Source: Thecamonas trahens ATCC 50062 (taxonomy: Eukaryota; Protista; Apusomonadida). Taken from it: 64,000 bases of DNA. Position 1 is the stretch's first letter, and each line of letters begins with the position of its first letter. The stretch is taken from assembly GCF_000142905.1 (NCBI RefSeq), contig NW_013657648.1, positions 337,147 through 401,146 of the forward strand, read 5' to 3'. This document shows, one piece after another, positions 20,063 to 33,000 of the stretch. Under the pieces are notes generated by a model that did not search any database, was not told the DNA's origin, and saw nothing but the letters and a program-made list of their open reading frames with translations. A program made the translations under genes and the position numbers.

Positions 20063-20796
20063 TCATCGCCCACCCGCCCCGCCACCAACTCATCGCCCAC
20101 CCGCCCCGCCACCAACCCATCGCCCACTTACCCCGCCACCAACCCATCGCCCACTTACCCCGCCACCAACCCATCGCCCACCCGCCCCGGCACCGATCAT
20201 GGACACAGGCCTGAGCTCCACCACTGGCCTCTCTTATCGTATAGTTCNNNNNNNNNNNNNNNNNNNNNNNNNNNNNNNNNNNNNNNNNNNNNNNNNNNNN
20301 NNNNNNNNNNNNNNNNNNNNNNNNNNNNNNNNNNNNNNNNNNNNNNNAAAAAAAATAATAAAGAGTTAACAAAAGTGGAACATTTTTAGTAAATACTAGA
20401 AAATAAGAATTATATGTGTGTTTTAAGTATATTATTTACATGACGATAAAGATCCGAAAGTAGTTGTAGAAAAATAAATGAAGAAAAAGTGAATAAAAAA
20501 TGACTCAATAATAACCAACCCATCGCCCACCCGCCCCGCCACCAACCCATCGCCCACCCGCCCCGCCACCAACCCATCGCCCACCCGCCCCGCTACGAAC
20601 CCATCGCCCACTCGCCCCGCCACCAACCCATCGCCCACCCGCCCCGCTACGAACCCATCGCCCACTCGCCCCGCCACCAACCCATCGCCCACCCGCCCCG
20701 CCACCAACTCATCGCCCACCCGCCCCGCCACCAACCCATCGCCCACCCGCCCCGCCACCAACCCATCGCCCACCCGCCCCGCCACCAACCCATCGC
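20063..20796. repeat. 27-bp minisatellite (accaacccatcgcccacccgccccgcc) on both sides of a gap
   Basis: About 5 units at 20063-20190 and about 10 units at 20514-20796. Confidence 0.93.
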
Positions 20797-21182
20797 TCTG
20801 CCTCGCCGGCAAACAGTCGTTGGCCAAAAGAAAGGCACATATATTCTCACCAATGCCTAGCAAATCCAGATTCCAATAGGCGTACCCTCCTCCCATCTCT
20901 TCCCCCATCCACCCATTCTTCTTTCCCTATCTCCGAAAAGGTGCCTCCCTTCTTCCGGCAAGTTCTCCTTGCCTACGGCGAGCAGATCATTGACAGGGAG
21001 AAGACCATACTGTGGCAGCGAACGAATTGGCTGTTGATTAATTAGCGTTGCTGCCCTTCTCCCGCATTTTCCCCGCACTGGCATGGTCAAGCAGGCTTGA
21101 CCAGGAGGGGGGGGACAGGCATACTCGACTTGAGAACGTATTCGGGGGAGTGGCACACGGCCGCAAGGCAGACCACCAAGCC

Positions 21183-24100
21183 ATGGAAGGTAGTCGTGCT
21201 TCGCGTGTGGAAGCAAGCGTTCATTCGGTCCTGTATGGTCTGATTCAGACGCGGCGAAGCGGCTCATCGCTGTCGACCATCCTCTTCCTCGTTCTCGATG
21301 GCTTGCAGCTGGTGCCGTTTGTCTTTCATCCATCGTTTGCCTTCAAGTACAGCCTCGTCCAGTTGTACTCTTCGGCTCTGTCAAGATCGCCTGCTGAGAC
21401 TTCGGCAACATCGCTACTTCAAGCTTCTCTCTCGGAGCAATCGTTCTTTGTGGTTCTTCTCCTCGTTCTCCTCGCTCTCCTCGCTTTCTCGGCCAACGTC
21501 GGCTACCTCTACTCATCATCGACTCATCATGGCGCAACATCGTTTGCTCGGACCTGGGCGCCCAAGATCTTCAACACCATCGTCCCACCCATGATCTCCT
21601 TGTTCTACATCACCATTCTCCAGTTTCTCCTCCTCCCGGCTGCCTGCGAGGTTGCGGTAGACGACTCGCCACATCGCATGGTGTGGGCCATGGCGACGTC
21701 GACTCGGTGCTGGTCTGGATGGAGAGTAGCTATCGCTGTCCTTTCCCTCGCGCTTTTGATCTGCTTCTTTCTCCCATTCTCCTTCCTCATGGCGCTGACG
21801 TACTACGATCCGCGGCCATTCTCTGATGATCTGGCCGCCCGCCCGCTTGGCCGACAGTATGCCTTGTTTGTCGCCGTCAAGACCGCCGTCATTGCCGTCT
21901 TTCGACTTGCGCCGCGCAATGCCATCCCTCTCGCTCGTGTCTTTGTCCTCCTCCTGGGCTTTGGCTCGCTCGCCTACTTTCATATCACCCGCATCCCGTA
22001 CTACTCGCGGTTGCTCAACTACATCTACGCTGCCTTGTTCACCTTGCTGTTTGGCGGCTCGATAGGCTCGGCAGCAGCTGTGCTGGCCTCGGACCCGGCG
22101 TTAGAGTGGCCATTCTTCCTTGGTGTCAGCGGAGCCGTGGTTGGCGGCGCCTGCGGTCTCGCCGCCATGCGATGGCGGTACCTTGTCGTCGAACGCAAGA
22201 TCACCCGTTTCGCGAGCTCGGCACAAGACTTGCTTGACACCCTGCTGGCTTCTCGCAATGCTGCTGGACGGGAAGCCAATCTATCGCAAACTGCCGGCAG
22301 CGGCACCGACATGCAAGCCTATGTTGCCGGCATCGACCCGGTGCTAGGCGAGATGGGCGCGCATGGTGCCACTGCTGAGCTTTCGATTCTTCGCGCCGGT
22401 GACAGCGATGCAAACTTCCGCCCCCATGACAGGCTTCGCTTGATCCTCATGCGGTCGGAGCGCGAGGTCGAGCTGCTGGTCCGCGCTCATGTTAGTGCCC
22501 GCCTGGCGGCCATTCCCGTCATCGATGACAACGACATCTTTGGCATGCTGGATACGCGCCAGGCGGCGTTTGACCAAACAGCCAGGACTCTGTTTGAGCT
22601 GGGCATCGAGCTCTACCCGCGATCTGCGTTTGTCCGTAGCGCGTATGCACACTACATCAATGAGTTTGCTCCTGCCGAGGTTGGCACGGCCATGGTTGCC
22701 ATTCAGGCGGCGCAGCTCATGCCAGCTGCTTTTGACATCCGCCTCATTGTCCACGGCTTTGAGCGCAAGCTGCTGCATACCATGCAGGGCCGGGGCTTTG
22801 GCGAGACCGACACCCGTATGGATCTTGTCTCATATGTCGAGTACCAGAAGCACTTTCAAGTTGCTCGCCAGTACCATCGCGACACCCTTGTTGCCACCCA
22901 CACCTTTTGGTCACTGCTGCACTCCGGCCGGTGCTCCAGCGCCTCCTTTGCGGCCGCATCCCAAGCCGTCACGCGCGCCGAGCGCCAGGCCTCGATTGCA
23001 TACAAGCGCCTCATTGCCCGCTTTCCGCTCGCGGTTGAGCTGCTCTACTCGTACGCGTCCTTTATTGAGACCGTCCAACGCGACAGTCCCCAGGTCGAGG
23101 CCATCCGAGCTCGCGCCGCATCGCTCGTCAATACCTCGTTCGAGATTCCGTCAGTCCCGGACATGCCGCCTTCTGGTGCCCACCCAGCACTTCATCTCAT
23201 GGGTATGAGCCGCAGCCCTGCATCGACCTCCATGGAGAGGCATCCTTCACCGATGCACGCCCACTCTGGCGGCAGAACGGCGCAAACGTCGTCGTTGCGT
23301 GGCCCGGCGTTGTTGCGGGCGAGAGCGGGTAAGATTCGCTTGAGGGGCGCAGACCACAGGATCAACAAGAGTGCCACCAAGCGCAAGATGCACAGGAAGA
23401 AGTCTAATGGCAAGAGAAGGCGGGCACGCTCCGTCTCAAGCGGACGATCTGCGCTTGCCTCCGCCAAGAAGGTGGCTCTGACCAAGTCGGGCGCGAAGAA
23501 GGGCAAGAAGAGGAAGTTTTCAAGGAAAGCGCTCGCTGCTTCGATACCCGCATCTCGCAAGTTGAGCGCCAACGCGTCGGCATCTTCATCGTCGTCGACA
23601 TCATCTTTGCCATCCTCGGCCTCCTCGTCGTCTCAGAACCTGTCTACAAGCCGGAGTGCGCATGCCTCTTCTGAGCATCGCGAAATGTCGACGCTGCCAA
23701 ACGCGTTCAAGAAGCCGAAAAAGTCGAGCCTCAAGCATAGGTCAAAGTATGGATCATCTTCGGGCTTTTCGGCGCTCTCCTCGTCGACCTCGTGTGGTCC
23801 ACCACAGAGAAAGTTCAAGCGATCCAAGGCTCAAGCTCGCGCCACCAGCAGTAGCGACGACATGAGCATCTTGCTTCCGCAGCGGGCGATGTTTGGAACA
23901 CCGATGGAGACTGTGGCAAACAGGCCGAGGGAGGACAACACGGCAAGCGGATCAGAGTTTACCCCCACCCCCTCCCACAGCAGGTCCTCGCGTGGCCACC
24001 GGTTCTTCAGCCGTGGCGCGTCGCGACACCGGGGCTCGATTTCCTCGGCTTTCTCACGAACGTCCTTTGAGCATCACGCTGCGGCGCGCGAGAGGGTGCT

Positions 24101-27100
24101 TTCAGCCAAGTCACAAGCGGCAGGGCGGTTATCGTGGTCACTCAAGATCTCAGTCCTTCTGCTACTGGTGTTCTTCGCCGTCGGCTTTGGTCTCTCCAAT
24201 TCGTCCATGTCGGCCATCAAGGCCGAGTTCAAGCTGATGGACATGTACGGTCGCATGCGGAAGCTCTCGATCGACACCTACCTACAGGTCTCGATCCTGC
24301 ACTGGTCTGCACTCTCGCCGGGCGCAAGCGTGTTGTACGTCGCGAGCGAGGTGCGCTCTACCGTCGATGCAACGGCGTCGATTGTTGCCGACCACGCGGC
24401 GTACCTCTACCGCGCCACGTACGGCTCGGGCGCACACGCGACAAACAAGCTCAACGCGCTCTGGCGCGACCAAGTGATCCCAGTCTCTGTTGTCGCGTCA
24501 ACGGTCACCACTCCGCCGGCGATCGAAATCCGCATGGTCAACCTCCGTGACGCCATTGCGCACTTGGTTGGCTATGCGCGCGAGCTGGTGGCACGGCCGG
24601 TGGGTGAGTGGGTGATGGACAAGCTGCAGATTGATCTCGCTGCCAGCTTTGTGCGCCACAATCTGCACCCACGCGCCCCGCTCTCTTCCAAAATTGGTGC
24701 GGGAGCGCAGCTGTTTGAGACAAAGGTCTCCGAGTCGATTCATGTTCTGGTCATTCTCCAGATTGTGCTTCTGGTCACGTCGACAAGCATTCTGGTCTTT
24801 ATCGGCGTTGCACTTGTTCTGCCAGCCATTGCTTCGCTCCGCAATGAGCAGTGCGACTCGTTTCGGCTGTTTAAGACAGTGCCGCAACCGATGCTTCGCA
24901 CCATTCAGAGCGAGATGGCCAACGCGCTGCTGTCATTTATGTCAGCCGAGCACGGGCTCGGATTTCTTGTCGACGCGGGATTCGGGCAGAGTAGGTCGGG
25001 CTCGGTGGGCTCGACCTCTGACAATTCGACTCAGAACGCTTATTGTTCACGCAGCGACGACCTGCTTGTTCCGAGCATCGAGAGTGGATCAGGGGCGCAA
25101 CGACCTCGTTCTGATGTGTACGGTGTCGAGGACTCGGACTCGGACATGGACTCTGAGATGTCGCAAATCCGGATGACGCTCTCGCTCGAGTCGACGGCGG
25201 CGATGACTGAGCTGCTCTCCAAGTCGGAGAAGGTCTCGATTGTGCGGCGAGTTCAGCTGCAGATTCTCTGCGCCCTGGGCGTTGTTTTTGTCCTTGCCTG
25301 TGTCTTCTTCACTACAGTCTACTTCGGCGCCACTGTCACAACCCACTATGGCAGCCTCATCAACGCGTCGGGCATCCGCCGATTCTACGCCAAAGGAGTG
25401 CACACAGCAGTGGTGCATCTCGCGGCGTACGCAGACGCGATGGCGAACGGATCGAGCAACGAGACCGCAGTTCCGTTTTGGGTTTTGCCACCTCCAGTCG
25501 CTTCTGCCTTGCTCAACAACTCTGTGGGAGCGTTGTGGAGCGCGCACATGGAGGCAAAGTATGGGACCGACGGCCGGAGCGGGACGGATGGGTTGTTTCC
25601 GCGGCTGGAAGAGGTCATGTACGGCGCCAGCGGGCTGGATCAGGCCGTGATCAGCTATGTGGCGCTCGGGCGGCAGCTTGCGGGTGCGGCGTTGGAGATC
25701 AGCACCGGGAGCAGGGAGAGTGTGCTTGCAGCGGGCGCTACGCTGATTGCGGCACTGCCACAGGTCAAGGCGGAGGAAGCCAATGTGCTGTCGCCGCTGC
25801 TCGACGAGGCGACGGCAGTCATGGTCTACGAGTTTGAGTCTGTGATCTCTCGGTTCCTCGCGGCGACGCTGGCGGTGTACGTGTTGGAGAATCTTGCGCT
25901 AGTAGCCATCTACTTTGTGGTCTTTGTTCGACTCATCCGGCAGATTGCCGACCAGACGACCCGTGCGCGGTCGATGATTTTCATGATCCGCCCCGACTAC
26001 ATTGTTTTGCTTCCCCAGATCTCGCACTTTATCGAGCACAACACGCTGGTGTCGCTAGAGGAGCTCGAGAGGAATGCCAAACCACCGGGACTGGAGCGAC
26101 GGGCTGTGCTTGAGGTCGACTCGAACTCGGGCAAGATTGTGGGCATGGACGGTGACGTGACGTTCCTCGGCCTGCCGCCGCGGTCGCTACTGCGACAGCA
26201 CATGTGCAACTTTCTTCCGCGTGTGGCGCCGCGCAAGCTGGAGGCAAAACTCATGAAGCTGATGCGGTTTCCGCCGCGGCGAATCACTGTCTTGCCGTAC
26301 ATGGACCCAGCGACGACGGGCTCGCAAGTGACGTTCAAGTGTTTTGCGTGGGTAACTCACTTCAACCCAGCATCGAACGATGGCTCAAAGTGGATCAAGT
26401 CTATGTTTGAAGATGCTCGCCGGCGTCGCGGGCGGCGGCAGACGATCGTGGATGGGGCGCGTTCGATCTCGTCGTGGTTTGCGCGGATTTGCGGGCGCGG
26501 GCGTGTTGCGCCGTTGCCGAATTCAGGCGCAGAGCAGAGCACGTACACGCAGCTCGAAGATGCAAAGCACGTGTTTTTGTGGGACGGAGCGCGACGCTGA
26601 CCCGGACCGGAGAACTGAGCGCGATGGCGAGGAATGCCGGGAGCTCGCAGCGGTATCGCCTGACACTCTTTTTCCAGCCCGAGGCCGAGGCTGTGGCTGG
26701 AATGCTGATGGACGAACAGGTGGCGCTCAAGGGTGCGGATCCGCGGGTGATGCTGCGGCTCTCGCTGCGGCTCAACGCGATGCTGCCTGCGACAGACGCG
26801 GTGCTGGTGTGCAACAAGGATGGAACAGTGCTTGAGTGCCAGTCTCAGAACCACATGTTCCTCAACCCGGCGAGCGTGACGTTCAAGAACATCCGCACCG
26901 TGCTTCCGAGCTACGAGGTGAACTTTGGAGGACGGCTTGGCATGATGCGGCACCAGACACTAATTGTCGGGACGGGCGAGTCGCGAGCTGTGACTGTGGC
27001 GATGGTGCGCGCGCAGGGCATTGTTGTCCTCGGCTTGACTCAGCAGGGCCTCGACTCGCTCGCAGGCGTGAGCCACGGGCTGATGGCGGTTGCGGACCTC

Positions 27101-27975
27101 GCCAACTCTGCGGTCGGCGTCGTTGTTCTCCAGCCCGGACCGGCGCTTGTGGCGGCTAACTCTGCGGCGCTCGTTTTTGCGCAGATGCGGTACGAGGAGC
27201 TAGCACGACAGCCGCTTGCGGCCTTTGTTGGCATCACCAACGGCGACCTGTGGGGTAAGCCGCACGTGCCGGGCTCGAGGAGTGACATGCGATTGACGCT
27301 GCGGCGATCAGGCGAGCGGCTGTATGGATCGGTTTACTTTTTGAGGCCCAGACCGTGGTCATCTCGTTTACCGACGCCGGGCCCAAGGCTTCGAGCATTC
27401 TTGAGGAGTCGAGGCATAACAGCGCGCCGCTCTCATCAGTCCGCTTTGGCGACGCTCCCGAGGTCTTTCCGATCAAGAACAGGATGGATGTGTCGATTGG
27501 GGCGTGCTCGCTCTCGCATTCGATCATTTGTGACTCGGAGGTGACGTCGGCGGTGTCATCGCCCGCTTCGTCGGCGGACGCGTTGTCGTCGTCATCATCG
27601 TCGGTGGGGAGCAAGCTGGATGTGTCGTCCTCGACCTCGTCATTGTCGTCGTCGTCGTCGTCGGGCTCAAGTCCAGAGCAGGACTCGGGGCTCGATATTG
27701 GGTCTGGCTCGGGGTCTGGATCGGGATCAGGCGAGGCAGGAAAGCGAGTGGCGGAAGCGTCGACGGTGCCCGGCGCTCGACGTGCTGCGTCTATTGGCGA
27801 GGCAACAGCAAATGGGCACGGCATTGTCCGCGGCGACGTGTCCGATGTGTGTGCTATCTCAGCCGACACGACGTCGATCACTGATGTGTCGACCACAGCG
27901 CCTGGACATCTTGTCCTGCCTGACAGCCGCTCGAGCTCCAAAGATGGCAATGATGATGGTGGCAAGGCCGAGTAA
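21183..27975 (+). CDS. TmcB/TmcC-like large multipass membrane protein with C-terminal PAS-like domains (two apparent -1 frameshifts)
   Basis: N-terminal TM bundle (C..W, PYY), TPR-like helices (YP.S.FV..AYA.Y; YK.LI.RFP....L..YA.F) and paired TMs around luminal loops (LINASG.RR). Continues through ORFs 26474-27544 (PAS-like AVLVCNKDGTV, LVAANSAA..F..EEL...L) and 27355-27975. ATG at 21183. Confidence 0.75.
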
Positions 27976-28066
27976 ACAGCTCTTCCCCGCGGTAATTTGT
28001 CCCCACCCGATCCCCACCCCGCGACGGGGCGTTTGCTGGGAATGACAAGCCCTTCAATCCGTGGTT

Positions 28067-28359
28067 GGCTAGCCCCCCCCCTGCTACGATCATTGGTCAC
28101 GTCAGTTCATCGATGGCTAGCCCCCCCCTGCTACGATCAATGGCACCGTCAGTTCATCGATGGCTAGCCCCCCCCTGCTACGATCAATGGCCCCGTCAGT
28201 TCATCGATGGCTAGCCCCCCCTGCTACGATCATTGGTCACGTCAGTTCATCGATGGCTAGCCCCCCCCTGCTACGATCAATGGCCCCGTCAGTTCATCGA
28301 TGGCTAGCCCCCCCCTGCTACGATCAATGGCCCCGTCAGTTCATCGATGGCTAGCCCCC
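28067..28359. repeat. ~47-bp minisatellite, about 6 units
   Basis: gatggctag(c)7-8tgctacgatca[atggcccc/ttggtcac]gtcagttcatc, with anchors at 28112, 28159, 28206, 28252, 28299 and 28346. Confidence 0.95.
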
Positions 28360-28508
28360 AAAAACTCGCACGGAATCGTGATCGCGATCGCGATCATGGC
28401 CGTCCCCTGCCGCCTGACCCCCCCCCCCCCCCCCCCCTTCCCCTCCCCCTCCCCTCCCCACCCCTCTCCCCCTCTCCAACCCGCATTCCCTCCCCTTCTC
28501 TCACAACT

Positions 28509-30014
28509 ATGTTCCGCGCAGCAAGTGCAGCAGTCCGGGCGACGACGACGGCAACCATGGCGGTGGCTCCGGCTGTGACTGCTCGAGTCAGCTCAGCAAG
28601 CAAGACGTCGGCGACGACGACGACGACGGCAAAGGCGACGGCGGCGGCCTCAGCCACGTCAGCCATGGGTGGCAACCGGCTGGTGGCTGGTGGCAGCCTT
28701 CTCGGTTCGGGCAACTATGCCAATGGCGGAAATGTGCCATTTGCCGTTCACATGCGGTCGTCAGCCAACGGCAACGCGTCGTTTGGTGGCATGACCGGTC
28801 AGAAGCGATTTGCTACCGGATGGGCGACGACGGCTCTCTCGCCTACCTCGCCGTTCTCGGCCACGGTGGGTCTGGATGACGAGCAGTTGATGTTCTACGA
28901 GACGGCGGCTGCCTTTGCTGCCGAGAACATTGCTCCGCATGCAAGCAAGTGGGATGCCGAGTCCATCTTCCCCAAGGACGTCGTCCATGAGCTCGGCAAC
29001 CTCGGCTTTGGTGCCATGTACACCTCGGAGGAGCACGGTGGCTCGGGCGCGTCGCGTCTTGACGCTGCTCTGGTCTTTGAGGCCCTCTCCATGGGCTGCC
29101 CGGCCACGTCGGCCTACCTCTCCATTCACAACATGTGCACGTGGATGGTCGACTCGTTTGGCTCGGACGAGCTCCGCGCCGAGTTTGTCCCGCGCATGGC
29201 CACCATGGAGGCCCTCGGCTCGTACTGCCTCACCGAGCCCGGCTCGGGCTCGGACGCCGCTGCGCTGCGGACCACCGCCGTGGTCTCGTCGACCGACGAA
29301 GACGTTTACGTGCTCAATGGCGAGAAGGCGTTCATCTCGGGCGCCGGCGAGACCGATGTCTACCTCATCATGGCCCGCACCGGCTCCGAGTCGGGCGCCA
29401 AGGGCGTCTCGTGCTTCCTCGTCGACGCCGAGTCGGATGGTCTCTCGTTTGGCGGCAAGCTCGACAAGATGGGCTGGAACGCGTCGCCGACTCGCCCAGT
29501 CATTATGCAGGACGTCAAGGTCCACAAGTCGCGCATGCTCGGCGCGCCCGGCGAGGGCTTCAAAATCGCCATGAAGGGTCTCGACGGCGGGCGCATCAAC
29601 ATTGGTGCCTGCTCCATCGGCGCCGCCGCCGCCTCGGTTGGCATCGCCCGTGAGTATGTCCTCGAGCGCACCGCCTTTGGCAAGCCGCTCGCCCGCTTCC
29701 AAAACACCGAGTTTGTCTTTGCCGACATGGCCGCCAAGCTCCGGACCTCGCGCCTCGCCATCCGCGACGCCGCCAAGCTCCTCCACGAGCGCTCGCCGCT
29801 TGCCACCTCGTCGGCCGCCCTCGCCAAGCTTACCGCCACCGAGCAGTGCTTCGACGTCATCAACTCGGCGCTGCAGACCCTCGGCGGCGCCGGCTACGTC
29901 GCCGACTACCAGATCGAGCGCTACCTTCGCGACGCCCGCGTCCACTCGATCCTCGAGGGCTCGTCCGAGATCATGCGCCTCGTCACCGCTCGCGCTATCT
30001 TTGCTGACCAATGA
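28509..30014 (+). CDS. ACAD8: Mitochondrial acyl-CoA dehydrogenase, isobutyryl-CoA dehydrogenase-like
   Basis: AYLSIHNMC, YCLTEPGSGSDAA, LNGEKAFISGAG, KMGWNASPTR, GLDGGRINI and RVHSILEGS. Presequence MFRAASAAVRA from ATG 28509. Confidence 0.92.
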   Translation: MFRAASAAVRATTTATMAVAPAVTARVSSASKTSATTTTTAKATAAASATSAMGGNRLVAGGSLLGSGNYANGGNVPFAVHMRSSANGNASFGGMTGQKRFATGWATTALSPTSPFSATVGLDDEQLMFYETAAAFAAENIAPHASKWDAESIFPKDVVHELGNLGFGAMYTSEEHGGSGASRLDAALVFEALSMGCPATSAYLSIHNMCTWMVDSFGSDELRAEFVPRMATMEALGSYCLTEPGSGSDAAALRTTAVVSSTDEDVYVLNGEKAFISGAGETDVYLIMARTGSESGAKGVSCFLVDAESDGLSFGGKLDKMGWNASPTRPVIMQDVKVHKSRMLGAPGEGFKIAMKGLDGGRINIGACSIGAAAASVGIAREYVLERTAFGKPLARFQNTEFVFADMAAKLRTSRLAIRDAAKLLHERSPLATSSAALAKLTATEQCFDVINSALQTLGGAGYVADYQIERYLRDARVHSILEGSSEIMRLVTARAIFADQ

Positions 30015-30049
30015 AGACCACGGCATCGTCGTTTTGTTTCTTCTTCAGA

Positions 30050-33000
30050 CTACAAGTGCTCCACAGACGAGCCGACGCCGACCCATGCCGGCTTGTGGCC
30101 TGAGGCCATCATTTTCCGCGCCACAATCCGCCGCTGCTCGGCGCGCTCGGGCGTGTCCAGCGCTGAGGGCGCCACCGGCCGCAGCCGCGCACGGACGTCG
30201 GCGCGGGTGGTCACAACTTTGGAGTCCTGCGCCCGGGTACCCATCGAGGTGAGCCGGCGAGTCACCATTGCGGCCTTTGAGACGGTGTGGCGGCGGGCGT
30301 GCCGACGGCGACCGCGGCCGCGGCCACGGCTGCGGCCGCGTGCCACGTTGTGGCGGCGCTTGGGTCCAGACGGCCGGACGCCGCTCCGCGGCGCACTCCC
30401 CTCCCAGGCCGACGTGAGCTCAACCGACAAGCTCGCACCCTCGGCCGACTTGTCGAGCAGAATCTCGAGCTCGGCCTGCTTCTCCTGCGCGATACGCTTC
30501 TTGCGCTGAGCTTTGCGCTGTGATTTGAGTCGCTTGCGCCGCTCAAGCCGCTCGGGTGTGGCATCCGGGTCAGCGGCTGCCTTGGACGACATGGTGTGGT
30601 AGACGTGGTGAAAGTGGCTGGTCGACTCGACGTGGCTCTCGAGCTCGTGCGACTTGGGAGCCACGACGTGGGCCGTATCGTCGTAGGCAGCCCGGACCCG
30701 AGCGTGAGCAGTGTCGGGTACGATCTCGGGCTCGTCGCGCTGGCGCTGCTGGTGCAGGTCGAGGATGAGTCGCCGCTCGCGCACGCGCCGCGCCGCCGAC
30801 GTGTTGACAGCTGCTGTCGAGACCGAGTGCAAGATCGGAGCGTCGAGCGGGACGCCGAGGACCAGGTCGTTGCGCAACATCTCTTGTGCGTACTCGAACG
30901 GGGTAGCGTTGCGCGGGGTAAAGACAATGGCGTCGAGCAGGGCCATGCCCTCGCGGTTGAGTGGATACGCCGGCTCAATGAGGTCCTCGATGAGAACCGG
31001 GTCGCCGAGCTCATCGCGGAGGCCCGCCAGCAGCGACTGCGCGGCGGCGTCGGCGTCGGCAATGTGCTCCATCACCGAGCCTGTCGACGACCGTGACTCA
31101 GAGCGGAACAAGTCGCTGTCGCGGTGGCGAAAGGCCTCGACCCGAGCCCGTCCGAGTGTGGACAGCAGGCTCGTGGCCTGGATGGAGAGCGCCCGCTTCC
31201 GCCCGTTCTCGGGCGAGACAACCTTGGCGCTATCGGCGGCGGCAGGAGTCTCGCTGTCGGGCGAGGCGGCAAGCGCCAGCGGACTGGTCGGTTGGAGGCG
31301 CGCCGCCGGCGTCGGGCGAGCGAGCGAGGATGAGGCCTGGCTCGCCAGCTGGTACCTTTTGACCGTCGACGAAAACGACTTGGGCACCATGGCCAGCGAC
31401 ATCGAGGTCGACCGGGTGCGCGACCGTTGTCGTGCGAGGACGGCCTTCATCGACTCGGCGACCTTGGCGGTGACCTGGCGCTTGAGCTCGGTGACCTCGG
31501 GCGACTCTTCATCTGACGAGAGCGAAAGTCGAGAGCGTTGACGCAAGCGAATTGACTGGTGAGACGGCATCGTCAGAGTCGGTGTCCGACTCGCTCTTGC
31601 TCTTGCTGCGGGCATGGGCTGCGGCGCGGGCGAGCGTGTTTCGCGCAGTCGGTCCGACGGCAGTGGAAGGACAGCCTGCGAGTGAAGGCCTGAGCGGCGG
31701 AGGCGATCCGGAAGGACCGGCGGCGGATTGGGATGAATATCGGTCTCGCTCTCGACAGCGACCACCGTCTCGATGGTGTCTTCAAACAACTTCGGCTTGT
31801 TTCGAGGCAGCGAACGCGCTGGCGCCGTGGTCTGGACTCTCCGTGAGCTACCCATGAGCTTGCGGCGGCGCTCTGAGATGGACGAGACGTTGGCGGTCGA
31901 CTCGGCAACCTTGAGGTTGTTGATGGACTTGTTGCCGCGGACGTTGCGGAGAGCGACTAGCTCGTTGGCGAGCTGGCACGATGACTCGTCGAGGATCTTG
32001 AGGACGTCAAAGTGGCCACCCTGGAGAGCGAGCGAGATCGGGGTTGTTCCCTTGATTGACTGCTGGTAGGTGTCGCCACCCGCGGCAACGAGGAGCTTGG
32101 TCAAGTCCACGTCGCCGGCGAGAGCAGCGAGATGAAGCGGGGACTGGTTCTGCGAGTCAAGCTCGTGCGGGTCAGCACCGGCGTCGAGGAGCCAGCGGAC
32201 GGTCTCGATCTGGCCAACGGCAACGGCGTGGTGAAGAGTAGTGCGGCCCGAGGCGTGGAGGGCGGATCCTGCGGCGAGAACGTCGACACCGAGGAGGAGG
32301 AGCGTTTGCAGGACGTTGGTGTAGCCGCCGCGGGCGGCGTGATGTGCCGGCAGCAGGCCGTGCGCATCGCAAGTGTGCTTTGGCGCCATCTCATGGAGGA
32401 GGACGATGCAGGCATCGGCGCCTGCGTGGGCGGCGAGGTGGAGCGGGGTGTGGTGGAGCATGGTGAGCGAGTTGACGGCGGCGCCTTCCTTGAGCAGAGC
32501 TTTGACCATGGAGAGCGAGTTTGTGACGACGGCGTGATGGAGCGGAGTGGCGCCGTCAATGTCGCGGGCCTCGAGGTGGGCGCCTGCGGCGACGAGGTTG
32601 TGAACCCAGTGCGAGGGCGCAGCGTCAAAGGAGCTCACCTCGTGGAGGACGGTGAGCGAGGACGGCGACTGGGCTGAGAGCTCAAAGCCGACCGAGACTA
32701 GGGCCTCGAGCATGTCAAGGTCGGCGTCGTGGTAGTGAAGGACAAAGTGGAGGGCGGTGTGGCCATCGCGAGTGCGGGCGTGGACGTCGGCGCCGCCCTC
32801 GCGGACAAGCATGCGCATAAAGCCGACGTTCTTGACGAGGACGGCGATGTGGAAGGCGCGGAGGCCGTGGTAGCCGGTGGCTTTTTCGACAGCGGCGCCG
32901 GCCTTGAGCAGGGCGGCGCCAGCGGGCTCGGCACCATAGTAGGCAGCGACATGGAGCGGGGTGTGCGCGCCGGCGTCTGCGACGTGGTTCACGTCTGCGC

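Noticed and set aside
20348-20513. AT-rich island suggesting foreign or organellar DNA
   Set aside because: It directly abuts a gap inside a minisatellite and has no ORF or RNA motif; most likely low-quality contig-end sequence, though not excluded.
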